Part shown: piece after piece, positions 10,979 through 21,061 of the stretch
Layout: each line of letters starts with the position of its first letter
How positions within the stretch are numbered: position 1 is the stretch's first letter
Source: Saccharicrinis sp. UBA6048
GTDB taxonomy: Bacteria; Bacteroidota; Bacteroidia; Bacteroidales; Marinilabiliaceae
Direction: 5' to 3'
Assembly: GCA_002429115.1 (NCBI GenBank)
Contig: DIYS01000015.1
Span: 1 to 32,000, forward strand
DNA: 32,000 bases
Position numbers and translations under genes: made by a program
Notes under the pieces: generated by a model
Told to the model about the DNA's origin: nothing
The model's input: only the letters and a program-made list of their open reading frames with translations
Database searches by the model: none

Positions 10979-12985
10979 CTAGAACAACATTAAAATATGT
11001 GCCGCACTCCAGCTAAAATGACTGGCATTAAGTCCTTCTTTGGTTAACGGATGATAGTTTTCACGGATTGGCTCCTGTGTGAATGCCAATCCTTGTGCAC
11101 TCTCAACCATCTTTTGAGCCATTTGTCGCGCTTCTGTTTCAAAGCCATAGTTATTCATACCAACAATACCAAAATACGCCTGATCGAGCCACACTGGTCC
11201 TCTCCAATAGCCTTTCTGTGGATTAAATTTCTCGTGCGCTGCACTTAGTGTTGGAAATGGCATTGGTGTATTAAATCGAGCTGGATCCATAATTACTTTC
11301 ACCACCTGGGCAGCCTGATCTGCATTGGCCACCTGATTATAAAGTGGTGCCCATCCTTCCGGCCCCTGAATGCGAATTTTGTCTTGACTTTTCAATTCGA
11401 CATCATAGAAGAAACCATCTTCCTCACAATACATCACATCCTGAATCTGTATGTTTAATAACTCTGCTTCAGCTGCATATTTCTCAGCCGTTTCTGCATC
11501 TCCCAGAATATTTGCAATTTCCTGTATGAATCTTTTTTCCTCAACCAAGTAGGCATTCAAATCAACCGACTCCTGGTTAAGCGAATAAGCGCCTTTGCTG
11601 TTTTCGATGATTTCTGCATCATCAAAGCGAACTGCATTATCCATACCACTTTCCCAAGCCGCAGCGATGCGCGTTCCATCGGTTGAACCGTATTCGCACA
11701 AGCCATTTTGATCATGATCACGATTAATGTACCACCATTCATGATACTTTAATAGTTTTGGATACAGCTCTTTTAAAAAATCGATATCCTGAGTTTCCTT
11801 GTAAACTTCGTAAATACACCATCCCGATAGGGGTGCTTTCGTATTGCGCCAGTTGACGCCTTCAATACTCAAATCACGGAAGAAACAATCGGCAATCATG
11901 CCTGATTCATTCTGATAATCGTACATGGCTCTGATCTGATCTTTAGCCAACTCTCCTTCGAATGGCGCAATGGCAACGGCATGTTTCCACGAGTCCCAGG
12001 CCCAAAGCCCCTGAAAGTATGTAGCTGAATAAGATGGAACAATACCCTGATGAAGAATATCACCAGCGGCACTTCTCCAGTTATGAACCAGCGTCAAAAG
12101 TGATTTAACAGCCAGCCTATCGTATTTTTTCACATCAAGAATTGCATCTACCGAACCCTTATTCAATCGATCTATATATCCGTTCCATCGCTTTTCATTC
12201 TCAACAAACAATTGTCCGGCATTTTGAATCAGCTGTTGTGCCTTTGCCAAATAAACCTGTGATTCTTCCTGATTAAAAGTATAAGAGAACGTAGCAGCCA
12301 TCTTATGCACTTCTGAATTGTTCAGCACCACTGCCGGCTCAAGTACCGAGTAACATGTATCAGATAATGTTATATCATTGCCTGCGAATTGCAGGTTTGC
12401 CTGCTCCTTATCATTGATATTGATCTGTAAGCCATTATCAACTGCGCGAATACCTTTTTGAACACCTTCATAGATATCACCTTTCCAGCCGAATTGAATC
12501 GTTCGTTTAGCTCCTGAATTTGTGATATCAGCTTTAATTATTGTGGTACGTTCATTGGCATTAAACAGGTAAAGATTAACATCCAAATCATACACTTTAA
12601 ACGACTGTTGCAATACACCCGGATAGAAGGTATTCTTTATATTCGTTGCACCAGACAAATCCAATAGCTTATCGTTGTCGACATCTTTTATCTGTAAACC
12701 GATAATTGAAGGACTCAACCAATAACTCTCCTGCTGACGCATTAAATACGGTCCGGCAAAACTGCCTAGTAGCGCTTTTTTATCATCTTTTTGCAAACTA
12801 AACGAATGCCAGGTGCCTAAATCTGAGAACGATGAAACGCCGTATTGGAATGGTGTTTCAATGGTACCTTTTACATCTAATACATCTGGATAGCTGTAGC
12901 GTGTTAGCTGTTCGGTTTGAACGGTTGACTTACACGAGAATAATGTTAAGACGATGAGAAATCCGGTGATCGATTTTTTAATCAT
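10979..12985 (-). CDS. GH63/trehalase-like (MGH1-like, (alpha/alpha)6) glycoside hydrolase, lipoprotein
   Basis: Lipobox LFSCKS; SATYFQGLWAWDSWKHAVAIAPF, YDYQNESGMIADCFF, KYHEWWYINRDHDQNGLCEYGSTDGT, YWRGPVWLDQAYFG. Confidence 0.82.
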   Translation of the reverse strand: MIKKSITGFLIVLTLFSCKSTVQTEQLTRYSYPDVLDVKGTIETPFQYGVSSFSDLGTWHSFSLQKDDKKALLGSFAGPYLMRQQESYWLSPSIIGLQIKDVDNDKLLDLSGATNIKNTFYPGVLQQSFKVYDLDVNLYLFNANERTTIIKADITNSGAKRTIQFGWKGDIYEGVQKGIRAVDNGLQININDKEQANLQFAGNDITLSDTCYSVLEPAVVLNNSEVHKMAATFSYTFNQEESQVYLAKAQQLIQNAGQLFVENEKRWNGYIDRLNKGSVDAILDVKKYDRLAVKSLLTLVHNWRSAAGDILHQGIVPSYSATYFQGLWAWDSWKHAVAIAPFEGELAKDQIRAMYDYQNESGMIADCFFRDLSIEGVNWRNTKAPLSGWCIYEVYKETQDIDFLKELYPKLLKYHEWWYINRDHDQNGLCEYGSTDGTRIAAAWESGMDNAVRFDDAEIIENSKGAYSLNQESVDLNAYLVEEKRFIQEIANILGDAETAEKYAAEAELLNIQIQDVMYCEEDGFFYDVELKSQDKIRIQGPEGWAPLYNQVANADQAAQVVKVIMDPARFNTPMPFPTLSAAHEKFNPQKGYWRGPVWLDQAYFGIVGMNNYGFETEARQMAQKMVESAQGLAFTQEPIRENYHPLTKEGLNASHFSWSAAHILMLF

Positions 12986-13219
12986 AGTTGAACTGTTTGA
13001 ATATTTTTCAATTACGAAAATGCATAGCGATCAGGCAAAAACAAAAATTCTTACCTATACCCTGACTATACACGTTTAGCAAGTTCAATTAAACGCTGTT
13101 TATATGCAAGTTATGTAGAATTCGAAAGATTGTTATATGGCAAATTTAAAAGCTAATGTAGGGGTGTAACTCTACAAGATATTCGCATTTAAAGTAGAAA
13201 TGATGAAGTATTAATGGAT

Positions 13220-13293
13220 CACCACGAAGTAACGAAGAATACTAAGAAACTTTGTAAACTTCTTTCTTTGTGAACTTTGAGTCTCTTGGTGGT
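13220..13293. repeat. Degenerate purine/pyrimidine inverted quasi-repeat (CACCACGAAGTAACGAAGAATACTAAG ... CTTTGTGAACTTTGAGTCTCTTGGTGG)
   Basis: Intergenic; arms made of short xCxAAG-like words, reverse-complementary in register. Confidence 0.55.
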
Positions 13294-13322
13294 AAAAATA
13301 AAAACGTTAACTCTACATCCAA

Positions 13323-14873
13323 TCAAAGTTTCATGATAAAATCTTTAATGGAATCACCTTTAGCAATATCTAGTTTCTTACGTAGACGGTAACGACTCAT
13401 CTCAATGGATTTAACCTCGATATGGTGCTTTTCAGCCATTTCTTTCGAAGTTAAGTTGTTTCTGATATCAATAATCAGCTGTATCTCTCTCTCGGTCAGC
13501 TTTGGGTATTTATCCTGTAGTCGATATCTGAAGTCCTTTACAAATTCTTCGGATAAAAGATTGCTCTTTGCTTCCTGGGTGAGCACATTTTCAAACTTTT
13601 TCCAGGCCTCTTTTACTTCTTTGGAGTTTGATTTGCTCACGCTTAAAGCCACTGACTTAAGCATTTCATTTCGCTTCGACATGGTTAAGGCCAAGGTATC
13701 AATGGCCTCGTCTCTATAGGCCAGCTTACTGGTTAATTCAGCCTGTTTCTGTTCCTTTTCTTCCAGTTCGTTATTGAGCAATCGCTGACGCTTTAACGCT
13801 TTGTTAATTCTCGCCCTGAATATCATAAAAAACACCACCAACAATATAACTGACAAAGCAATAATCAGGTAGGTTAGAATACGTCGGTTATGCTGTATCT
13901 CCTTGGCTTGTTTGAGTAATTGCTCATCCTGCGCAATCTTTTCGTTTTGCGCATCCAACAGGAAATTCATCACATTTTTAACTTCCTTATTATTGATCTT
14001 CTCATACAGCTCCATGTATTTGCTCTGGAAGCGAAAAGCTGCTTTTGAGTTACCCACCAACCATTCAAATTGATAGCGTACCTGATAGTATTCGATCAGG
14101 CTAAAGCTATAGTTGGTTTGATAACTGAGCTCTTCAGCTTTTTGCAGAGCCTCGGCACATTTATCCAGTTGCCGGGTTTTAAGATACACGTTTGATAATA
14201 TGGCATAGGATTCTAACAAGGCCGATGCATTGCCTGTACTATTGGCAATGGAAGCATTCAGGTATTCTTCTGCTTTGGCCCAGTTTTCCTGATGATAATA
14301 AACGTTGCCTATATTGGTTTCTAGCGTAGACCGAAGGCTTTTAAAACGTCCATTCTGATTATTCAAAAGAAACAATGCCTGACGAAAATACCCAAGTGCT
14401 TTATGGTACTGCCCGGCATTTAACACATCTAATCCTAGTGCATTGGTGTATCGAATTTCACTTCTCGTGTCTTTTCTCCGCTGCGCCGTTTTTAATGCTT
14501 CTTTATGAAATGGTTCAGCAAGCGTTTCATTACCCATATCAAAATAAACCCACCCAATAGTCGCCAGCAGATCCTGATACACAAGGTTCGTATCTGTTTC
14601 GGCAAACAGCTCTTTCCCTTTTAAACCATAAAACAGTGCCGTATGATACTCATGCTTGTATAAATAGGATTGAGCCAGGTTCCAATAGACCAATGCTTTT
14701 TCCCGGATGTCTTCCCCCTCAAGGTCGGTCAATACCTTTTGCGAAATAAGAATACTGCTGTCGGGTTTAGTTTCCTGCAGTTGTTCCGCCTTTTGCAGTT
14801 GCTGGTGTATAGTTTGTCCATTGAGCGGCAGTAACAAGCCTAAACCGATAATTATGGACAAATAAAGCTTCAT
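13323..14873 (-). CDS. TPR-repeat sensor with one TM helix and C-terminal LuxR-type HTH (transcriptional regulator)
   Basis: Signal peptide, TPR-like repeats, TM ILTYLIIALSVILLVVFFMIF, coiled coil, C-terminal YPKLTEREIQLIIDIRNNLTSKEMAEKHHIEVKSIEMSRYRLRKKLDI. Confidence 0.85.
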   Translation of the reverse strand: MKLYLSIIIGLGLLLPLNGQTIHQQLQKAEQLQETKPDSSILISQKVLTDLEGEDIREKALVYWNLAQSYLYKHEYHTALFYGLKGKELFAETDTNLVYQDLLATIGWVYFDMGNETLAEPFHKEALKTAQRRKDTRSEIRYTNALGLDVLNAGQYHKALGYFRQALFLLNNQNGRFKSLRSTLETNIGNVYYHQENWAKAEEYLNASIANSTGNASALLESYAILSNVYLKTRQLDKCAEALQKAEELSYQTNYSFSLIEYYQVRYQFEWLVGNSKAAFRFQSKYMELYEKINNKEVKNVMNFLLDAQNEKIAQDEQLLKQAKEIQHNRRILTYLIIALSVILLVVFFMIFRARINKALKRQRLLNNELEEKEQKQAELTSKLAYRDEAIDTLALTMSKRNEMLKSVALSVSKSNSKEVKEAWKKFENVLTQEAKSNLLSEEFVKDFRYRLQDKYPKLTEREIQLIIDIRNNLTSKEMAEKHHIEVKSIEMSRYRLRKKLDIAKGDSIKDFIMKL

Positions 14874-14928
14874 AGATGTGGTGAATTTTGTTGATGCAAT
14901 TTAATGATTATAATTATTCAAAAAATGG

Positions 14929-14975
14929 AAGGATCACATCTTTATTTACATATCGCGAATAAAGATACGATCCTT
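14929..14975. repeat. Palindromic hairpin, copy 2 (same family as 7663-7711)
   Basis: AAGGATCACATCTTTATT - N11 - AATAAAGATACGATCCTT; right arm AATAAAGATACGATCCTTT identical (19 nt) to copy 1; two changed positions become G-U wobble pairs in a minus-strand transcript. Confidence 0.85.
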
Positions 14976-15001
14976 TTTGCGGTCTGATTTATACTCCATA
15001 A

Positions 15002-15026
15002 AAAAAGCCCCAAACTGGGGCTTTTT
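15002..15026 (-). terminator. Rho-independent terminator of the nqr operon
   Basis: AAAAAGCCCCA-AAC-TGGGGCTTTTT, 11-bp stem just after the nqrF stop. Confidence 0.9.
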
Positions 15027-15035
15027 AAGTATTAT

Positions 15036-16298
15036 TTATGATCCGAAATCATCGAAGTCAACCATCTCATCCGGTACTCCAAGATCGTACAGCATTTTTG
15101 TTACTGCGTCGTTCATCATCGGAGGTCCACATAAGTAGTATTCCACATCTTCCGGCTCTTCATGCTTACTTAAGTACTCGTCATGAATCACCTGGTGGAT
15201 AAAGCCTGTTGCACCATCCCAGTTATCTTCCGGTAATGGCTCAGACAGGGCAATGGTGAATTTAAAGTTCGGGAACTCTTTCTCGATCGCGCGGAAGTGA
15301 TCTTCGTAGAAAATCTCTTTACGCGAACGTGCTCCGTACCAGAAAGTGGCCTTACGACCTGTTTTCAGGGTGTGGAACAGGTGGAAAATGTGCGAACGCA
15401 TTGGCGCCATACCAGCACCACCACCAATAAACATCATCTCACGATCGGTTTCCTTAATAAAGAACTCACCGTAAGGACCAGAAACAGTTACCTTATCGCC
15501 CGGCTTACGTGAGAAGATAAATGAAGAACAAATACCAGGATTCACCTTCTGGAATCCGCCCGCTACACGATCCCATGGAGGCGTAGCAATACGGATGTTC
15601 AACATCACAATGTTACCTTCTGCAGGGTGGTTAGCCATTGAGTAGGCACGGTATGTTGGCTCCGGATTCTTCATCTTAAGATCGAACATGCCGAATTTCT
15701 CCCATTCGCCACGGTATTCATCTTCGATGTCCATATCCTTGAAGTCCACATCAATTTTAGGCACGTCAATCTGGATGTAACCACCCGATTTAAAGTCTAA
15801 GATTTCACCTTCTGGCAACTTCACCACAAATTCCTTAATAAAGGTTGCCTGTCCATCGTTAGATACCACTTCACACTCCCATTTCTTGATACCCATAATT
15901 TCCTGAGGTATCTGCATAGCCATGTCTTCTTTCACCTTTACCTGACAAGCTAAACGCCAGTTGTTGGCTTGCTCCTTACGGGTAAAGTAGCCTGTTTCGG
16001 TAGGTAAAATTGAACCTGCACCACTATCAACCTGACAGCGACACATGGCACATGTACCACCTCCACCACAAGCTGAAGGAAGGAAGATTTTATTATCACC
16101 CAAAGCCGAAAGCAAGGTCTGACCCGGGTCTACCACCAATTCTTTTTCGCCATCGTTAATATTGATGGTTACTTCGCCCGATGGCATCAGTTTTTTCTTA
16201 GCGTACAATAGAATCGACACCAGGGCAAGGATCACCACAAGGAAAATCGCTATACTGGTAAGAATGACCATCGTACTATTTACTGCTAATACTATCAT
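15036..16298 (-). CDS. nqrF: Na+-translocating NADH:quinone reductase subunit F
   Basis: N-terminal TM; 2Fe-2S motif SACGGGGTCAMCRCQV; FAD/NADH domain YRAYSMANHP, GGGAGMAPMRSHIFHL, YYLCGPPMMNDAV. Confidence 0.97.
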   Translation of the reverse strand: MIVLAVNSTMVILTSIAIFLVVILALVSILLYAKKKLMPSGEVTININDGEKELVVDPGQTLLSALGDNKIFLPSACGGGGTCAMCRCQVDSGAGSILPTETGYFTRKEQANNWRLACQVKVKEDMAMQIPQEIMGIKKWECEVVSNDGQATFIKEFVVKLPEGEILDFKSGGYIQIDVPKIDVDFKDMDIEDEYRGEWEKFGMFDLKMKNPEPTYRAYSMANHPAEGNIVMLNIRIATPPWDRVAGGFQKVNPGICSSFIFSRKPGDKVTVSGPYGEFFIKETDREMMFIGGGAGMAPMRSHIFHLFHTLKTGRKATFWYGARSRKEIFYEDHFRAIEKEFPNFKFTIALSEPLPEDNWDGATGFIHQVIHDEYLSKHEEPEDVEYYLCGPPMMNDAVTKMLYDLGVPDEMVDFDDFGS

Positions 16299-16317
16299 TT
16301 CTAATACGTTTTACTTT

Positions 16318-16953
16318 TTACAACTGAATACCCATGAAACTCATAAATGCCACACCCATCAAGCCAGTTACAATAAACGTAATACCTAAGCCACGCAATG
16401 GCGCTGGTATGTCAGAATATTGAATTTTCTCGCGGATGGCCGCAATACCAACAATTGCCAGTAACCAACCAATACCCGAACCAAATCCGAATACAGTTGC
16501 TTCACCAAGGTTAGCATATTCGCGCTCTTGCATAAACAACGAACCACCTAGGATGGCACAGTTTACAGCAATCAGCGGTAAGAAGATACCCAGTTGAGTA
16601 TAAAGTGTAGGTGCAAATTTTTCAACCACCATTTCCACCAACTGCACCATAGATGCAATTACGGCGATAAACATGATAAAGCTTAAGAAGCTTAAATCAA
16701 AGTTTGCAAAAAGAGGTTCCTGAACACCTAATAAGTTGTCTAACCATACCAAGGCACCTTCGCTTAACACATAATCATTAAGCAAGTAGTTCACCGGCAC
16801 GGTGATACTTAGTACAAAAGTCACAGCCAATCCAAGACCAAAAGAGGTATTCACGGTTTTTGATACTGCCAGGTACGAACACATACCAAAGAAGTAGGCA
16901 AATACCATGTTATCAATAAAGATTGACCGGATAAATATATTTATATAATCCAT
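16318..16953 (-). CDS. nqrE: Na+-translocating NADH:quinone reductase subunit E
   Basis: RnfA/NqrE family: [48 protein letters not shown]; position in operon. Confidence 0.96.
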   Translation of the reverse strand: MDYINIFIRSIFIDNMVFAYFFGMCSYLAVSKTVNTSFGLGLAVTFVLSITVPVNYLLNDYVLSEGALVWLDNLLGVQEPLFANFDLSFLSFIMFIAVIASMVQLVEMVVEKFAPTLYTQLGIFLPLIAVNCAILGGSLFMQEREYANLGEATVFGFGSGIGWLLAIVGIAAIREKIQYSDIPAPLRGLGITFIVTGLMGVAFMSFMGIQL

Positions 16954-16971
16954 TTTTCTGCTTTTTTACAA

Positions 16972-17637
16972 TTACGACTCTATCAAATCTTTATCTCTTG
17001 AACGCTGTACCCAGATGATAATACCCACTACAATCAAAGCCATTGGAGGTAGAATCATGAAACCGTTGTTAGCATATCCCCATTGATAGAAGATATCCGG
17101 TACAATTTGAATGGCTCCGATACCTGGTAAAGTAAGGAATCCGGTTCCTAATAGCTCGCGGAAGAAAGCTACCACGATCAGGATAAAACCGTATCCGGCA
17201 CCGTTACCAATACCATCAAGTACTGCAGGCCATGGTTTGTTACCCAAAGCAAAGGCTTCCAGTCGTCCCATGATGATACAGTTGGTAATAATCAGCCCAA
17301 CAAATACCGAGAGCTGCAAACTTACCTCATAGGCAAAGGCTTTCAGCACCTGGTCAACAATAATTACCAATGATGCCACCACTACCAACTGCACGATAAT
17401 ACGAATACGCGAAGGAATGGTGTTGCGCAACAATGATATAATCAGGTTAGAGAATACTGTTACAAACATAACAGAGATTGACAATACGATTGCCGGCTCT
17501 AATTTTACTGTTACCGCTAATGCAGAACAGATACCCAATACCTGAATCGTAATCGGGTTTTGTGCTCCCAGAGGAGTTGTAATCAGCTTCAGGTTCTTGG
17601 CTGAGAACAATGGTTCTTTTTCACTACTCATCGTCAC
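16972..17637 (-). CDS. nqrD: Na+-translocating NADH:quinone reductase subunit D
   Basis: RnfE/NqrD family: NPITIQVLGICSALAVT, VGLIITNCIIMGRLEAFALGNKPWPAVLDGIGNGAGYG. Confidence 0.96.
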   Translation of the reverse strand: MTMSSEKEPLFSAKNLKLITTPLGAQNPITIQVLGICSALAVTVKLEPAIVLSISVMFVTVFSNLIISLLRNTIPSRIRIIVQLVVVASLVIIVDQVLKAFAYEVSLQLSVFVGLIITNCIIMGRLEAFALGNKPWPAVLDGIGNGAGYGFILIVVAFFRELLGTGFLTLPGIGAIQIVPDIFYQWGYANNGFMILPPMALIVVGIIIWVQRSRDKDLIES

Positions 17638-17643
17638 AATATT

Positions 17644-18342
17644 TTAGTTCTTTAAAAACTTTTCATAACCACTCAGGCAGTCTTGCAACATGGTACCTAC
17701 ACCAACACTGGTAATAGTACCACCAGAGATACCATCCACTTTGTGAAGGTCGCCCTGCGACTGTCCTTTTTTCACCACTTCGATAGAAGCAAAAGTGCCG
17801 TTCTCGTCAAACAACTTTTTGCCTTTGAAAGGGTCACGGAACATTGGAGTTGTAATTTCTGCTCCCAGTCCAGGTGTTTCACCTTTGTGACCGAAAGTAG
17901 CACCGAAAACAGTGTTCTTGTCTTCATCTAAGGATACATACCCCCAGATAGGGCCCCAAAGACCTTTACCTCTTACCGGAATCACATATTTAGTGTCTCC
18001 GTTATCAAGTTTACATTCATAAATCGGGTAAGCACGCTCAGTACCGGTTTTCTTAACCTCTTTGGCCATGTCAACTGTAAAGGCATCTAAACCACTTTGC
18101 TTCTCGCCATTGTTATTAACAACGTAAGCATTCGCCCCGATGTATTTCTCGTATTTTGCTTCAGCATCAGCTGCTGTACTCTCAATCTGTACCGATTTCA
18201 GGATGTCCATCTTTTTGGCCACAGCCGCATTTTTATCCTGCATTGGTTTTAACGATTGTGCTAAGAACGCCAAAATGGCCGCTACCACAATCACCATAAC
18301 AGATGCGTACAGAAAAGTATAAGTATTTCCTTGTCTATCCAT
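17644..18342 (-). CDS. nqrC: Na+-translocating NADH:quinone reductase subunit C
   Basis: FMN-attachment region VDGISGGTITSVGVGTML; GHKGETPGLGAEI; single N-terminal TM. Confidence 0.96.
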   Translation of the reverse strand: MDRQGNTYTFLYASVMVIVVAAILAFLAQSLKPMQDKNAAVAKKMDILKSVQIESTAADAEAKYEKYIGANAYVVNNNGEKQSGLDAFTVDMAKEVKKTGTERAYPIYECKLDNGDTKYVIPVRGKGLWGPIWGYVSLDEDKNTVFGATFGHKGETPGLGAEITTPMFRDPFKGKKLFDENGTFASIEVVKKGQSQGDLHKVDGISGGTITSVGVGTMLQDCLSGYEKFLKN

Positions 18343-18354
18343 TTTACTAATTAT

Positions 18355-19530
18355 TTAGGCAGCTACTTTAGCTCGTTTTAAACGACGTTTGATATTTCCT
18401 TGTACCACATAGTGGTCGATAAGTGGCGCGAATGTGTTCATCAATAAGATGGCCAACATTACTCCTTCCGGATAAGCCGGGTTGAATACACGTACCATAA
18501 CGGCTAAGAATCCAATCAGGAATCCGTAAATCCACTTTCCTTTTTCAGTTCGGGTTGCCGATACTGGGTCAGTTGCCATAAATACAGCACCGAAAGCAAA
18601 TCCACCTAATAATAAGTGATGAAGTGCATCTACCTGCATTAACTCATTGGCTCCCCACAGGTTGAATAACAAGCCCATTACGTAACCACCTGCAAAAACT
18701 GAAGCCATAATCTTCCAGCTTCCAATACCAGTATAAATAAGGATAATTGCTCCGATTAAAATGGCTAGTGTTGATGTTTCACCGATAGAACCAGGAATCA
18801 TACCTACAAAACTATGCCAGATATCAAAAGCTCCACCTTCAGCAAACTTGGTCATGTTACCGCTGGCAGCATCACCAAGGGCAGTTGCTCCTGAGAAACC
18901 ATCAACAATACCTTCGCCTTTATCTAAACAAGAGATCCAAACTTTATCACCCGACATTTTTGACGGATATGCAAAGAATAAAAAGGCACGTGCTACTAAA
19001 GCCGGGTTCCAGATATTCATACCTGTACCACCAAATACCTCTTTACCGATGACTACTGCAAAAATTGTTGCTACAGCCACCATCCATAGTGGAATATCAA
19101 CCGGTAACACCAATGGAATTAGCATACCCGATACAAGGAAACCTTCCTGCACTTCGTGGCCACGCATTTGAGCAAACATAAACTCAACACCCAAACCAAC
19201 ACCGTATGATACAATGACGATAGGCAATACTTTTAAGGCACCATGTCCAATCATTTCCCAGAATGTGGCATCCTGCCCCAAAGCAAGGAAATGCTGGTAG
19301 CCTGTATTCCAAATACCAAATAGCAATGCCGGAATTAAAGCCTTCACAACAATTGCCATGGTACGCTTCAAATCGACTGCGTCACGCACATGAACCCCGT
19401 TTTTGTTCGTAGTATTCGGAACAAAGAATAAGGTTTCAAGCGCATCGTAGGTCGAATGAAGTTTCTCAAACTTCGCGCCCTTCTGAACGTGAGGTTTGAT
19501 GTTATCAAATAAATTTCTTAACGCTTTCAA
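18355..19530 (-). CDS. nqrB: Na+-translocating NADH:quinone reductase subunit B
   Basis: DGFSGATALGDAAS FMN attachment motif; FGGTGMNIWNPALVARAFLFFAYP; multi-TM. Confidence 0.97.
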   Translation of the reverse strand: MKALRNLFDNIKPHVQKGAKFEKLHSTYDALETLFFVPNTTNKNGVHVRDAVDLKRTMAIVVKALIPALLFGIWNTGYQHFLALGQDATFWEMIGHGALKVLPIVIVSYGVGLGVEFMFAQMRGHEVQEGFLVSGMLIPLVLPVDIPLWMVAVATIFAVVIGKEVFGGTGMNIWNPALVARAFLFFAYPSKMSGDKVWISCLDKGEGIVDGFSGATALGDAASGNMTKFAEGGAFDIWHSFVGMIPGSIGETSTLAILIGAIILIYTGIGSWKIMASVFAGGYVMGLLFNLWGANELMQVDALHHLLLGGFAFGAVFMATDPVSATRTEKGKWIYGFLIGFLAVMVRVFNPAYPEGVMLAILLMNTFAPLIDHYVVQGNIKRRLKRAKVAA

Positions 19531-19553
19531 TGTAAATTAGTTTAATAGTTTTC

Positions 19554-19612
19554 AGGCAGAAGGCAGAAGGCAGAAGGCTATTCTCATCGGTCTTCCGTCA
19601 TCTGTCTTCTAA
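19554..19612. repeat. Tandem heptamer (AGGCAGA)x3 plus opposing pyrimidine-rich segment in the nqrA-nqrB spacer
   Basis: AGGCAGAAGGCAGAAGGCAGAAGGC ... GGTCTTCCGTCATCTGTCTTCT. Confidence 0.75.
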
Positions 19613-19619
19613 CTTATTA

Positions 19620-20969
19620 TTAACTCAACTCTTTAATCATTAAATCAATACCCTTACGCAATGTTGCCTGAAGCGGCTGCTTCGAAGTACATACAAACTC
19701 ACAAAGAGCAATGTCTTCTTCGGCCAACTCGTAAATACCCAGTTGCTCCATCTTGTCGATATCTTCAACCAAAATAGCCCTGAATAAAAACTCAGGAAGG
19801 ATATCCATTGGTAACACTTTATCGTATTGTCCGGATACTACAAATGAACGAAGACCACCATGCATGTTAGCATCTAAACGGTATTCTTTCTTTTTGCACA
19901 ACCAACTGAAGAAGGTACGCGACATACTGAACTTATTGAATCCTGGCAATGCCCATCCCATAAACTCATAATAATCACCCTCTGGAATAACGGTTACTTG
20001 TGAGTGATAAGCTCCAAGATAACCATCTTCTTCAATGTGGGTTCCGGTTAGCACATTACCACTGATGTAACGTACTTTATCATCGGTTTTAATATTTTCT
20101 TTAACAATGGCAGAGATGCTGGCGCCTAATTTTGTGCGGTAATAGCCCTTCTTCTCAACTTCGCTACCTGCTAATACTACAATACGGTCAGCATCATAGA
20201 TTCCTTCGGTAAATAATTTACCAATAGCAACGATTTCCTGCGGCTGAGCAACCCACACAACTTCACCTTTATTAACAGGCATGATGTGATGAATCTGAAT
20301 ACCAACATTACCGGCCGGGTGTGGGCCTTCGAATGCGTGTACTGTGACTCCATTTAAGTTGTTAAACACCTTTGATGCGGCATCATTTTGTACGCCTACA
20401 TGAACGTTGTCGCACAAACGCTTGATGACATCAATACCAGCTTGCAATGCTTCTTCCTGACTCGAAAGGATAAAATCCATATCCGGTGCCAAGGGTGCAC
20501 TGTCGAAGCCCGAAATGAAGAATGCCTTTGGTGTTTCGCTGGCATTGGCAATCACATCATACGGACGTTTGCGGATAAACGGCCAAAGACCTGCTGCCTG
20601 CAACTTCTCAACAACTTGCTCTTTAGAAAGGTCGGCAGGCTTAGCAGTTTCAAACTGCTCTTTCTCATCTGCACCATCAGACTTTACTACCACCTCAAGG
20701 ATTTTACGGCGTTCGCCACGATTTACCGCAGCCAACTCTCCACTAACAGGAGACACAAATTTTATTTCCGGACGATTCTTGTCGAAAAATAAAACTGTAC
20801 CCGCTTTCACCTTGTCCCCAACTTTTACAGCCATTTTAGGAACCACACCATGAAAATCAGTTGGTTTCACTGCAAAAAGCTCGGGTAATTCAGCCTGACC
20901 GAATACCTTATCGGCTTTACCGACAAGTTGTATATCAAGACCTTTTTTTATTTTTATTACCTCTGACAT
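19620..20969 (-). CDS. nqrA: Na+-translocating NADH:quinone reductase subunit A
   Basis: IKIKKGLDIQLVGKADK, VKPTDFHGVVPKMAVKVGDKVKAGTVLFFDK, HPAGNVGIQIHHIMPVNKGEVVW. Confidence 0.97.
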   Translation of the reverse strand: MSEVIKIKKGLDIQLVGKADKVFGQAELPELFAVKPTDFHGVVPKMAVKVGDKVKAGTVLFFDKNRPEIKFVSPVSGELAAVNRGERRKILEVVVKSDGADEKEQFETAKPADLSKEQVVEKLQAAGLWPFIRKRPYDVIANASETPKAFFISGFDSAPLAPDMDFILSSQEEALQAGIDVIKRLCDNVHVGVQNDAASKVFNNLNGVTVHAFEGPHPAGNVGIQIHHIMPVNKGEVVWVAQPQEIVAIGKLFTEGIYDADRIVVLAGSEVEKKGYYRTKLGASISAIVKENIKTDDKVRYISGNVLTGTHIEEDGYLGAYHSQVTVIPEGDYYEFMGWALPGFNKFSMSRTFFSWLCKKKEYRLDANMHGGLRSFVVSGQYDKVLPMDILPEFLFRAILVEDIDKMEQLGIYELAEEDIALCEFVCTSKQPLQATLRKGIDLMIKELS

Positions 20970-21061
20970 GTTTGAAAAACGGTTTTTTTATTTTTACGCG
21001 CAAAAATACATAAATTTATCAGTAATCCATATAAATTGCTTCCGCAAAACTCGCGTCAATC

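Noticed and set aside
18761-19171. 136-aa antisense ORF in nqrB
   Set aside because: Composition is that of a shadow ORF opposite hydrophobic nqrB; no motif.
20388-20853. 134-aa and 112-aa plus ORFs in nqrA
   Set aside because: Antisense shadows of nqrA.
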